DNA of 61,872 nt, counting the filler, from Circinaria calcarea (Eukaryota), in the NCBI GenBank assembly GCA_051942165.1. It is 15 parts of 15 records of this genome, joined end to end, with 100 filler letters (N's around TTAATTAATTAA, not from the genome) between each part and the next. Parts side by side here need not be neighbours in the genome. Positions count along the whole stretch, not along the records: positions 49,628 to 53,643 come from JAVECS010002502.1; positions 53,744 to 57,758 come from JAVECS010002503.1; positions 57,859 to 61,872 come from JAVECS010002504.1; 12 more parts are not named here. One strand, written 5' to 3'. The translations under genes were made by a program, and so were the position numbers. Shown piece by piece: positions 50,945 through 61,872 of the stretch. The stretch's first letter is position 1; each line of letters opens with the position of its first letter. The notes beneath the pieces were generated by a model. That model saw only the letters and a program-made list of their open reading frames with translations, was not told where the DNA came from and did not search any database.

Positions 50945-52166
50945 GCTGTTTTGACAGCCAAAGTAATAGAGATTTTCACACCAGGGACCTCAGACACATT
51001 GATTAAAACTCAAAATTCAGTGGGTATAACGCAATTACAAGCTTGTGTCTTCCAAGGTACACTTTTCAGAAACTCAACATAACTCTGCACTCCCGTCCAA
51101 CTTCATGCAGATTTCGGGGCTGATATGTCACTCTCCATACTCAGATGTCACTCATATGTACAGAGGGTGAGAGGTATCAGTTTTGCTAGTTCTCGGATGA
51201 CTCAAACCAATTCAATATGCGACATCCCTACTAGTGTTCTTGTCAAAGCATGCCGGCCTTACCCAGGTCCCGAGATCCCGCTGAGCCTCATCCTGTGTGC
51301 TTCCAATCAACGGAGGAAGACGTTTGGCGCACCAGCTCAACCCCAACATCTGTCAAAGAAAGAAGGGTTCGCTATCCAAAGCGCAACGGCACCGTTCTCT
51401 CATTATGTATTACCATATACATCTGATATTCCATTCGACATTAAGGATCTTGCTTTGGACCGGTCAACCCGGTTTCCTTGCAAATGGCAGAACAACTCGA
51501 ATCCCCTTGTCCCTGATCTAACCTCACATCTATATTCACTCTGTACCCCATTGAAGGGGACAGCTAGGCGCGTGACTATTATATAGTGCTAGCTACTCCT
51601 TCTAGTTCTCCATCGCGAGAACTACAAACGGTGCATCGACATCTGCGATACCCTATACTCGAAGCTCCACCGTCACTGCTAAAGGGCTCATCGTCGGGCC
51701 AGGCGTGGGCTGGGCACGGATCGGGAGAAACAAGTGGGCACACGCAAATGGAGTCTGGAAGACCAGTTTCAACTCGGGTCTAGAAGAGACCGGGAAGGCT
51801 TTATATGGTTTTAAGAGAATAGGTATCCGACGTACTTGGCTTCTAGGTACATGATTAGGGTATGCAGGAAAACAACCTCAAGGATGATTGAGGATATCAA
51901 TGTTTTAGTCTTCAGATATTGTGTTCTGTTGGCAAGACACTCAGGTCGGCATCGCTGCGTCGGACCTCTAATCATAGGTTGCTACCCGCCGCTGAAGGCG
52001 TCCCTGGAAATGACCTTCTAATGGCGGCTTGCTTCTGACAAGCGTAATCTTTCAGAAACTCTTCGTGAAAGCGGTATAGGCTCGTGATGATCATATGCAC
52101 GCTCCAAACGCCCCTCGAAAGGATTCCCTTGTCGTATCGTATCATCGTCGCGAGAAATGCCTGATT

Positions 52167-52935
52167 CTACCTCATAACCCGGTCATACACTACTCCCTTT
52201 ACATTTCCTCCACCCATAGAGGACCGCACGTTTCTCTTAAACCCCTCACGGTTTGTGCGTAGGTCGTCGGCGGCTTCTTTGTTCAGCGGGTCTGAAGCAT
52301 TCGGTTCAAGGAACAGGAACTACACAGTACCATCAAGTCAGCGGGCGGTACCCTCCTCCCTATTGTCCTAACTGTTCCCTGAACCGAACCTACCTGCAGC
52401 CCCACAATCACCGCATTCAGATTCAGTACAGGCTTCCAATCCTCCCTTAATACATTCAAGCAAACGTTCCCCTCCAGATCAATGTTCGGGTGGTAGATTT
52501 TCTGCATGCACTTCACTTTCGGCGGGTCGTGGGGGAAGTTCTGGTTGATGGCGAAGCTAAAGTGGAAGGTGCCCATTTTGTACATGCCCTCATCCGGCTC
52601 GATGATGAGGGTGAAGTTTAGGATATCGTCGGGGTTGGGGAAGTCGGTGCGCATGGTGCTCCCGAGAGAGAGCTCGGAGAGATCTACTCGGTCGAACGAG
52701 GGCGTTTCAGCAACGGGATACCTAGCGACATGAAGTACCAAGGAAAGGAAGGAGAGAAAATACCTTTCTGAATCCGTAGTTGAGCTGCTGTGACTTTCTT
52801 CTTCTTTGCTCCGCCGCCTTCGGCGTTTTCGGCCTTCTGCTGCGCTTGTTTCTTCAGACACAAGGTAAGCTAAGAGTTCAAGGCTTGTCATGCTTATAGG
52901 ATCATATTGCCCACCATCGACCATATTTTCAGCAT
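52167..52935 (-). CDS. UBC12: NEDD8/Rub1-conjugating enzyme Ubc12, complete, 4 exons
   Basis: [66 protein letters not shown]. Confidence 0.95.
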
Positions 52936-53743
52936 GGTTCTGCACACTCCTTGAAGCCTGACCGAGTAGTACTGGGTGGCAAATTCAAAGCGGTACCCAG
53001 GCCGGCGCGGTAGGCAGGCGTACTTTGAACGTCCTTGTAAGAATATGGGAAATCAAGATTCGTTTACTCCGACTTGGAGTTTCAGTCGATGTGTGAATAT
53101 CAATTGAAGGTGTTCATAATCGCATCAAGGCCATGCCTGCCTGCTCGAAAACTACGGTACTAGCCCCTGTTTAGCGCCTTCACTGTGGCGGAGAATGATA
53201 TCGGATAACTTTCGTGTCATACGAGCAAGGCCACGTAGGTATATAATGTTTAGAGACTTTTTTTCCATTTCGTTACAGAACTCGCCGGCTACCATTTCGA
53301 TTTATTAGACACCGGCATACACGGTAGTAGAGCAGTCCAACACCCACGCAATGACGGCAAGACCAGCACTGCCAAGGCTTTCTGCTGCAAACGTACAGCA
53401 GAACAATTTCCCTCATGCCACAACGTCCATTCATTCTGTACGGCTTACATAATCATAAATCGCCTGTAGATACCGCGCTTGACTCCCATCCGTGAGAGCA
53501 TTATCGGCGCGCAAAACAGCACATAATACCTGACTTGCCCAAGAACCAGCAGCATCCCAGAAACCGGACAACGGAGAGAGCTGCCGTTGCCCAGAGCAAG
53601 GCTTGGAAGAAGCGCTGTGTTCTGGCGGTGGAGGATGACTGTGNNNNNNNNNNNNNNNNNNNNNNNNNNNNNNNNNNNNNNNNNNNNTTAATTAATTAAN
53701 NNNNNNNNNNNNNNNNNNNNNNNNNNNNNNNNNNNNNNNNNNN

Positions 53744-54466
53744 TTGGGGTTTAGCGTAACTGGTATGGCGTGGCGCCATAACATTATTATATAAATAAAT
53801 TATTCCCGCTTTTTAAAATAATATATTTATAGACCGTATTTAATATTATTTTTTAATATTAAGCCTAGAGCAATAATTTAATTATATTTTATATAACCGT
53901 GTTATCACCAATCGGGATTTATTATATTCCTTAATAGGCCTTAAGGATTATAGTATTTTTATAAATAATCTATATAAAAACGCTGTAATTCTTAAAGCCT
54001 ATTAAAAAATATAATAAATCTCGATTAATAATAATATAATTATATAAAATATAATTAAATTATTATTTTAAACTTAATATAAAAAGAGTATATTAAATTT
54101 ATTATAATTTTATAAATATATTAATTTAAAGAGCGCCGAATAATTTATTTATATAATAATAGTACTCCCCAGTGATCTTATTGCTCCCTGGGATCCCTGG
54201 GAGCCACCGGGAGCATAACACGTGATGTGCTCCCACTGCTCCCTGCCAAGTCCTGGGAGCACCTGGGAGCGCTCGGCTCCCTGGTTCCTCCGTTCCGGCA
54301 CTCAGCCTGCCAGGGTATGGCGTTGCGCCATAACAGCCTACTATATATAATAGCCTGAGCACCCTAAGCACTCGGAGCACTGCTCTGCTCACTCTGCTCA
54401 GTTACGTGGGCAAACCTACTAGTCTGTCTTGGTCCTAGACCCTAAGTATGGCGTGGCGCCATAACA
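53744..54466. mobile_element. Degenerate transposon/LTR-like remnant with RIP-like AT-rich block
   Basis: 53784-54160 is extremely AT- and TpA-rich. Three copies of GTATGGCGTKGCGCCATAACA, CACGTGA and TATA motifs, internal GGGAGC/GCTCCC repeats. Confidence 0.55.
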
Positions 54467-55414
54467 CCAGGGCTGATCCGTAACATTTTGACCAGAAATC
54501 TTTATCATCGTTGTTGGGTATACGGGGGCGGTGGAAACCCGCCGTAATAATTATTTCGCCCGGATACCATTAAAGAATTCTGGTGTAACGCTTCGCGAGA
54601 AAACCTCTCTCGCTAAGCCAACACCTCGTGACCTCGGTGTATAGTTCACTCGTAGGGTTCGTAGGGTTCTCGGGTAGAGCTCTTACACTATCACTCCCGG
54701 CAACGACTTCTACTCACTCGCCTTGATAGATAATATCACTGTTTCAGATTAAACGATAAGAGCACTAGTAAGAGGGTGACCTATCTAAGATACAGTGCTG
54801 GTAAATTATCGTCGGAAAACCAATATGTAGACACGGGGACTCGTCAGAGTCTCACAGCCGGAACTTGAGGCTGAAAACTATGCTCGGCTTCGCGTGCCGA
54901 GCAACGGCCCTATTCGTTCTTGTATACCTATTACAATTGTATGTTTGTAAACCAAGACATGGAGTTCTTGCAGCAGGCATAAGATGCATGTGAGTTTGTT
55001 GTATAAACTAGATCTAATTATATGCTTGCCATATTCCTCGTGAATTCGGCACCTCAGCGCGGTCATTTAGAATTTACCAAAAATAAAGACTTTGCTTCTC
55101 TGTAACGGCTTCGGGTTTCCCCACTTATGTAGGGCATATCTTTGACACCGCCGATCAGTGTTGGAAGCTTAGTTTATATGTATAAAGAAGGCGAGTGGGC
55201 CAAATAAAAACTAGACTCTGGACAGGAAAACATAATCCTTTCAGTACAGAGCTCCCAATAATGCTTTTGGCTCTCCGCATATTTCTGATGTATCTAGTGT
55301 CGAGAGAAGTACGATTTAGGGTGTAAGGTTAAATAAATAGACACTCCTCTTATGAAGAGTTGAACTGCATTTTTGCGGGACGAACAAGAATATTGTCATA
55401 CCTCTGCTGCTTCA

Positions 55415-56920
55415 TCATGGATCGAAGCGGTTTAGGAGTCCTACTCTCCAACCTTGCAGCGTCCTTGCTGATTTTGGAACGATCAAATTGCTTGACTCGA
55501 GATTTTGTCGAATTTCCCGTAATAAGTCCTTGGGTATCTGTAGTTCCTCCAATGATGACTGATGTTTGGCAAGGATATCGGAGGGACTATCAACAACTTG
55601 GTACAGAACCTTTATTCCTCGCCTGGGACCTCCAGGAAGACCAGATGCGGAGTACCTCAAGTCCGGAGTAAAGATCCATAACTTGGTATATTAGCTTGTG
55701 CTCTATGTGCCTTGCGGATTCGGCACACCAGTAATGCCTCGGTAGCCTCCTCAAGGAATCCATCATATAACATAAACCTCCTCGTACCTTGGCTCTCGAT
55801 TAATTCCAGGAGGCGAGCACAGATGAAAAGCTGCGGCTGAGGTTCTTGCCAAGCTGCGCTAGTATTAGTTGTTAAAGACAGTCTCCATTTGTACAGACGA
55901 ACGCCCTGAAAACTCTCGTCCAGAGTCCCAAGCGGCGAGAGGCAAGAAGTGCAGCACACGCTAGCGGTCCTGCCATGCTGAATCTATGATGAATCAGTAG
56001 CTGTACCGTGAGAGTATCCCGCATGGTCTAAGACTTAGAGGCCATGCGGTGAAATCCTAAGGCTCTGCCAGTGTCCAGCATACCATCAAAACACGTAGAC
56101 CCATGCTGCGTCCTTCAAGACATAGAGGATAAACTAACATGATGGTAGCAGCACTGGCTTTCAATCTCGGACATTTGTATCGGAGACCATACCATTAGAC
56201 AGCGTAGTTTGGTTAAAGGTCTCCTTCTTGGTGCCCTTGTATACTGACAAGTACTTGGGTTGGTGTGCAAGGACATACCTTTAGACCACAGCTGTCGTCT
56301 TCGGATGCCAACAGATGACAACTGTCCACAAATCCCACTCTACTTTGGGCTTTGAAGCCTTCAGAAGCGGTGTACCCTTGGGATATCAGTGGCGCATGCG
56401 GGTCTGCCCCATCCTTTGGTTTGTGACAATACCAGAAATCCATCATTTCTGCCCAGTGTTCGCTAGGGAGATCTCTCCACTCCTTGATCTGCTCGTCCAG
56501 AACACGGCTTTTGCAGAAGCGGCAACAGAATTGCGCTCCAGGTCCTAATGATCCAGCGGACCACGGAGCTTCAGTAGGAGCAATAGAATCAGATCGATCA
56601 TAGCTCTGCACAATGCTTATTACCGGGAGGCGGAGGCAAAAGTGATCAGCGGTTGACCTTGGAACAGCTATCTCGGCATTAGGATCTATGTCGGATGGAA
56701 GCTCGATCGATGCGTGTTCTCCTGCATGGCTCAGGCTAAGTGTCTTGCGATCCGAAGAAAGCCGAATGCCCGTTTCGACATTCTGACCGGATTGCAACTT
56801 TGCAAAGATTGTGACCTGGCGCAAACTGAGCAACGATTCCGCGTACAGGGTGATTGAGGGCCTTTCCTCGTCACTAGATAACTTTGACCCAAGTGAGCCT
56901 TGGCTGGTATAGGGTGTCAT
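55415..56920 (-). CDS. HECT_2 / E2C-binding protein (UBE3D, IPA1-like), multi-exon
   Basis: YAESL..LRQV, CRFC, WRDLPSEHWAEMMDFWYCHKP, CTSC, VRLYKW, C-terminal SARTLQGWRVGLL. Confidence 0.85.
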
Positions 56921-57205
56921 GACAGTTCAAATTGACATTTCGTGGGAGTGGCTCATGACCATCTGGATAAAGTGATTGTTTTCCCATCTGCAGAACTCCG
57001 CAAAAGGTCTGCTGCATAGAAAACAAATGCAGCCATGCCAAGGGTTACTGTATCAGAGTATTTTAGTCTACTCCAGTATATGAGGGAGGTGGGATGGTAG
57101 CGCGGTAGTTCTCTAGGTTCGGCTACCATACCGGAACTCGCTCAACCTTCCCAAAAGATAAGCCTTGCTCTAATTCACCTATTGACGAAGTCAGTCTATC
57201 GATTC

Positions 57206-57249
57206 ATATCCATATCCATATCCATATCCGCATCCGTATCCGTATCCGC
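57206..57249. repeat. (CATATC/CGTATC)n hexamer microsatellite
   Basis: About 7 units read directly, upstream of the 57355 ATG. Confidence 0.8.
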
Positions 57250-57354
57250 ACCCTCGTCTTACTACAAAGTAAAGCCTTATCCTGATTGAAGTGGATCTTC
57301 TTTAGAAGTCGACAGTCGTCATTCACTACTGCTTTGGCTGTCTAAGCCACCACC

Positions 57355-57758
57355 ATGTTTTCCTCGTTCTCTTCCTTTTCCCTTCCGTTTGTCCTTCCTC
57401 GATTTCTCGGAGCTAATCCCGGTCTAGCAGTAGACATCAAACCTGTAGGTATTCATGATGTTGAGACCAATCACGAAAGGCGCTCGAGGTCGTTGAAGCA
57501 TTTACTCAAGCTCAATCATGTAAATCATTCGCTCATCTATCATCATCTCCAGTTTCATAATCATACTCCTCATGTATGTGAGTTGTCTGGTCTAAAGTGT
57601 GGCGAGCATGTTCGTTTATACTCATCTTCAGATTTTGGGATCCGCATACCTTTTGGGTGCAGAACCCGAGCACCTCAACCTGATCTACGAGGAGGAAGCC
57701 AAGGTTCTAGAGAGATGGCAAGATTCACCCGGGGAGGTGTCGAAGGGCGACTGGAGGG
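57355..57758 (+). CDS. Questin oxidase-like (DUF4243) family protein, 5' part
   Basis: LKHLLKLNHVNHS..FHNHTPH/ILGSAYLLGA..LNLIYEEE..WQDSP. Intron at 57574..57631. Confidence 0.8.
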
Positions 57759-57858
57759 NNNNNNNNNNNNNNNNNNNNNNNNNNNNNNNNNNNNNNNNNN
57801 NNTTAATTAATTAANNNNNNNNNNNNNNNNNNNNNNNNNNNNNNNNNNNNNNNNNNNN

Positions 57859-58266
57859 CAGCTTGATATCGTTCGCCTGCGCGTTGACTTTTTGAGCCAA
57901 CTGTGCTTGCGTCATTTTGAATCCTTCCTGCGCCCGCCGCTGCTTGATGGCCTCTGCGATCTTCGTATCGACCTTTTGCGGGGTGACGATGTCATCAGAG
58001 CGATCGACTTTGGTTAAACGCTGACCTTCAACCCCGGATTTGTTGGCCTATTTGACGGTCAGCAAAAAGATGGATCAGGGTGGTAATTCGGTTAGGGAAG
58101 GACTTACGGGGTTGCCGGCGGTATACTTCTTTTCTGTAGCAATAATTTGGCCGCTACGTTGAGCAGCGTTGAGGGCTCCTTTGCCACGGACGACAGTCTC
58201 GCGCTGGGAGGCGCCACCTCCAGTTTTGCTGCCGATTTTCGTAACGGTGTCCCAGTCGTCAGACAT
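57859..58266 (-). CDS. MBF1: Multiprotein bridging factor 1, 3'-truncated
   Basis: [41 protein letters not shown], start of [13 protein letters not shown]. One intron. Confidence 0.95.
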
Positions 58267-58579
58267 GATTAGAGGTATTGTATTTGATGTGGGTGTGATA
58301 ATGAGTTGGAAAAGTCGATTTATAGAGTACTCTGAAGACAAATTACTGGCAAGGGACTTTTTATATAAAGTTGACGAAGAGTTGAGGAAGTTTCTATGAA
58401 GGGAGACTAATTGTGTGAAGAGGGATGGCAACATAGGTATCCATAAAATGATTCATACGCTAGTACGGAAACGGTACACTCTAAAACATAATATCAAACT
58501 CTAATCAATCCACATTTCGACATCTTCATTGAAAGGCACGATGAGGGCTGCCGCGAGGAAGAGAATGCTAAGCTGAGTG

Positions 58580-60671
58580 ATGAGTATGTCCACGAGTTTG
58601 AAAGATGCATCCACTCTCTCTACTGTTCAGGCTATCTTTTGCCTCCTCATTTGGTGGGGTCGACTTTTCCTCGACGGGGAGGCAGGAACTAGCGATGCAA
58701 GACTTGTTTTCATACTAGCATTGTCACTGTATTTCAATCATCTCGTGGGAGGAGGCTTTGTAACGTTGGCCATTTTTTATCCGAGTCTTCAAGCTGCTCA
58801 GACCCCATTTGAATATGCCTTGGTTGCAGTTACACGCATCTACCAAGGAACGACGACCAGTGGAAAGCAAGACCCTGCCTCAATAAAGAGCCGACTGAAG
58901 CCTTTGATCTTCCCATCCCGAACGAACCATACACGGATGTTCCCCAAGGTACACTCGTTCTCCTACTCGTATTTACTCATTGGTATTCCAATAGGATGGC
59001 AAGGGCTCGTTGGCTCCATGGTCTCTGTAGACATGGATGCTCAGCACCAAGCAGGCGCTCGCATAGACACCAAGAGGCAACGGGGCTGGTTCAGCGTTGA
59101 AGCTGCCGACTATCTTTACAGAGGTAGTGCGCATCTTGGTCTGCAGGGCAAGTTGCGTGCCTACCTCAAATCCCAGGGACAGAGTCTCCAAGACTACCCT
59201 TTTGCATACCTAGTGACGGCACCTCGGTTTCTCGGATATTCCTTTAATCCTGTATCGTTCTGGTACCTATATTCAAAGGAGAAACATCTGAAGGCCATGA
59301 TCTTAGAAGTCAATAATACCTTCGACGAGAGACGTATGTACTTTCTCAAGGACGCTGAAGGTCAAGTGAACATCTCCTTAAATATTGGCGGGTCGCCTGG
59401 ATTAACGGAGGATTCCGATAAACCTCTAAGCCATCGAAAAGGTTCAGCCAAGTTCGCAAGCATCTGGGCTAAAGACTTCCATGTATCGCCATTCAATTCT
59501 CGCAAAGGGTCTTATGCGCTGGCAGCATATGACCCTTTTGGACCCAGCTTTGATGGGGTCGGCACGATCAATAATACCATAACTCTCAGCTCATCCAAAT
59601 CTCATGCAAAGCTCGTCGCTCGCATCTTCTCTACCGGACCACCTACAGATCCATCCGCTCTAACAGTTGCAACAAAAGTCCGGTTCATCCTGGCGTGGTG
59701 GTGGGTAGGCTTCGTGACGTTCCCTCGTATAGTCAAGGAAGCTGGGAAACTGTTCTTTCAGAGGAAGTTGCATGTATGGTATCGGCCGGAGGTGATGAAT
59801 GATAGCATTGGTAGAAAGGAGACTGACAGGGAGAGGTTTGATCCTCCAATATTTCACCATCCTTGGCAAGCAGCTTAGTATATACAGGATCATCGAGTCT
59901 TGCTTTCGAGGCTTTCTGAAGTCTCGAGTCGAAGATTCAGACCTTCCCATGGCAGTTAAATACATAACCCCCTGCGTCGATTGTCAAACCGAAGAGTTTT
60001 TCCACCCAAGGTCATTATCAACCTCCGCAACCGAGGAGACCCCAAACTCCTGTCCAGGCCACAGAACCATCGAATTCAAAGTCCTTTCACCACTCTTTTA
60101 CTCTCGCATCGTCCACTTCGCGCACATGGCGGAGTTTCTCAGTACGGAGCTACTCCAACACGACGAAAAGCGTCGCACGGTATGGATATCCGATCCTGCG
60201 AAAGTGGTTCAGATCTTCCATGCCAACGAGGAGGTCATCAAGCCCAAAACCGAAAGTCCCCGAAAATCGAGTTGGCTCGACAGCTTCCGATGGGCCCTAA
60301 TCCGATGCCTTCGACCTCCGCCAGTCCCGCCCCAAAGCTCGCGTTCAGGATCCGTCCAGTCTGACATCCGTCGCTTTCCTCTCTCCTCTCTAGACCAATT
60401 CGTACTCCATCGCTGCGAAACGTCCGAAGCGACAAAGTATCGCCGAGCTGTCACCGCGCTGCTGGCGAGCGATTATGTCGCCTTTGGTGTCCCTGAAGTC
60501 TTTGACGCTGTTGACAAAGTCGTTCGTATTGGGCTGTGCTATCTTCTCGTCAACGCGGCCGCGCATTGGTTGCAGGCTGGTAGATCGAGTGGTCTCTACT
60601 CTGCAGATTCGAGTACAATAAGGCAGTGCAATATGGTGCACTTGTGGTGGCTTCTCAAGTGTCTCTTTTAG
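58580..60671 (+). CDS. DUF1365-family membrane-associated protein (2 exons)
   Basis: HTRMFPKVHSFSYSY, TAPRFLGYSFNPVSFWY, ILEVNNTFDER, KDFHVSPF, FPRIVKEAGKL. An intron at about 59835-59889 joins the two long ORFs. Confidence 0.88.
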
Positions 60672-60766
60672 TGGTTGTCACATTAGATACCCTGTATAGA
60701 TCCACCTCCGAGTATATACATTCATACATAGACATCCAACAACCACCTTTATCGAAAGATCCCTCC

Positions 60767-61872
60767 TCATCTCTTCTCCAACGCCTTCCTCACCCTCTCC
60801 AATACCTCCTCCCTCCCCAACCCCATAGTACTCCTCACCGTGACCCCATTCACCTTTCCCACCTCCCTGATCGACACCCACTCCGGCGCCACCTCGCCCG
60901 CAAGCAACCTCACGCACCTCACCGCCTCATCCTTGGAGATGGGATTCCGCAACGACATCTGCAGATTCTGCACGACCGTCGGCATGGTAAACGTAAAGGT
61001 TTTCCTGCCCTCCCTGGCAGCAGTGTCCCCTCCTCCGTGCACCGAACGACTCCCCGAACTCGTCAGGATTTCCAGGACCGGAATCACCTCTTCTAGTCTT
61101 TGGAGTGCGGCTTTGCGGGCTAGGGATTCTGGGGACGGTGCGCCGGGGAGGGTGGATTGATGGAGTTCTTTCGCGCGGATGCGGGAGAGGAGGGAGCAAG
61201 TGCGGTTGGAAATGGCTTTTGCACCGGTGGGTGGTAGCAGGGGTCGGGTTTGAGAAAGGGCCTTGTTTGTGGATTGGGCGCGGATGGCGCCAGCTTTGAG
61301 GTCTTCGAGGCGTCGCTGGCCTTTGGAGAGGAGGGGGACGATTTTGCCGAGGGAGGGGCATGGTGTTATTGGGACGAGGGCGAGATCAGAGATGAATGAG
61401 GAGGGGTTTGTTGATGCGTGCTGCTTCCAGAGTCGTATGATATGGGTGGAAAAGCGCATGTTCAGGGCTTCGACGTCGAGAGGGCGTCTCTGATTAGATT
61501 GGTCGTGTAGACCTTCCGCGAGCTCGATGCAGATTTTGCCGTTACCATAGTCTGAGAGAACTAGCGGGTATGGAACTTCGTTCTGCGTAGTTTGTAGAGT
61601 TCCATCCTCCTGACTTTTGGACACTGCGAGTATCCTCCTGATGTCGTCCGTACATATCCTCTTTCTCCCCCCTGAACGCTCAATGCTTGGTTTTAATTCC
61701 CGCAGATCGGCAGGTGTGAATGATCCATGATGGGCGTAGTACAAGGATAACGCAGTGAGGAACGCTGAGTGAAGGCAAATCAAGTCCTGTACTTCGATTG
61801 GTAACCTGGCTGGATGCTGCCGAGATGTGCAAGGGCTTTTCACTGAGATTGGAGAGCTTGGTGGCGTATTTT
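60767..61872 (-). CDS. DNA replication licensing factor Cdt1, 5'-truncated
   Basis: LHSAFLTALSLYYAHHG, DDIRRIL, LSDYGNGKICIE, KGQRRLEDL, C-terminal winged helix SLRNPISKDEAVRCVRLLA..PEWV. Confidence 0.82.
   Translation of the reverse strand, partial: NTPPSSPISVKSPCTSRQHPARLPIEVQDLICLHSAFLTALSLYYAHHGSFTPADLRELKPSIERSGGRKRICTDDIRRILAVSKSQEDGTLQTTQNEVPYPLVLSDYGNGKICIELAEGLHDQSNQRRPLDVEALNMRFSTHIIRLWKQHASTNPSSFISDLALVPITPCPSLGKIVPLLSKGQRRLEDLKAGAIRAQSTNKALSQTRPLLPPTGAKAISNRTCSLLSRIRAKELHQSTLPGAPSPESLARKAALQRLEEVIPVLEILTSSGSRSVHGGGDTAAREGRKTFTFTMPTVVQNLQMSLRNPISKDEAVRCVRLLAGEVAPEWVSIREVGKVNGVTVRSTMGLGREEVLERVRKALEKR

Noticed and set aside
51125..52021. 153-aa and shorter ORFs between the WKF gene and UBC12
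   Set aside because: No recognisable domain or gene structure.
53351..53643. Possible gene start divergent from UBC12
   Set aside because: I could not build an open spliced frame to the contig end.
53763..54466. Palindromic repeats as a CRISPR array
   Set aside because: Only three copies, spacers of 531 and 110 nt, eukaryotic context and no cas genes.

Overview
This window is not one locus. It is 15 unrelated contigs of about 4.0 kb each (4047 down to 4014 bp, sorted by length), joined by artificial N44-TTAATTAATTAA-N44 spacers, so gene order is meaningful only within a contig. The DNA is from a filamentous ascomycete (Pezizomycotina): short GT..CTRAC..YAG introns and fungal protein families. 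Housekeeping genes recognised: RPC2/RET1, GPI2, NST1, neutral trehalase, ArgRS, RNase III, UBC12, MBF1, Cdt1, HECT_2/IPA1-like and a WKF protein. Transporters: DHA1 MFS, Atg22-like and Mtr-like amino acid permease. Enzymes: phenol monooxygenase, TauD and questin-oxidase-like. Three genes are decayed pseudogenes (P450, alpha/beta hydrolase, Hsp70/actin-fold-like). Most interesting signals: (1) an unclassified TG-starting repeat present on two contigs, truncating a NACHT-type NLR gene in one and carrying a nested 288-bp TIR element in the other; (2) a spliced 82-aa stand-alone PAH-like microprotein missed by the ORF track; (3) a HET-6-type gene whose natural start is one base out of frame in a T run; (4) a 21-nt hairpin motif present three times in a RIP-like AT-rich block. 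I found no convincing new multi-gene system, and all family calls come from motif recognition rather than database searches.
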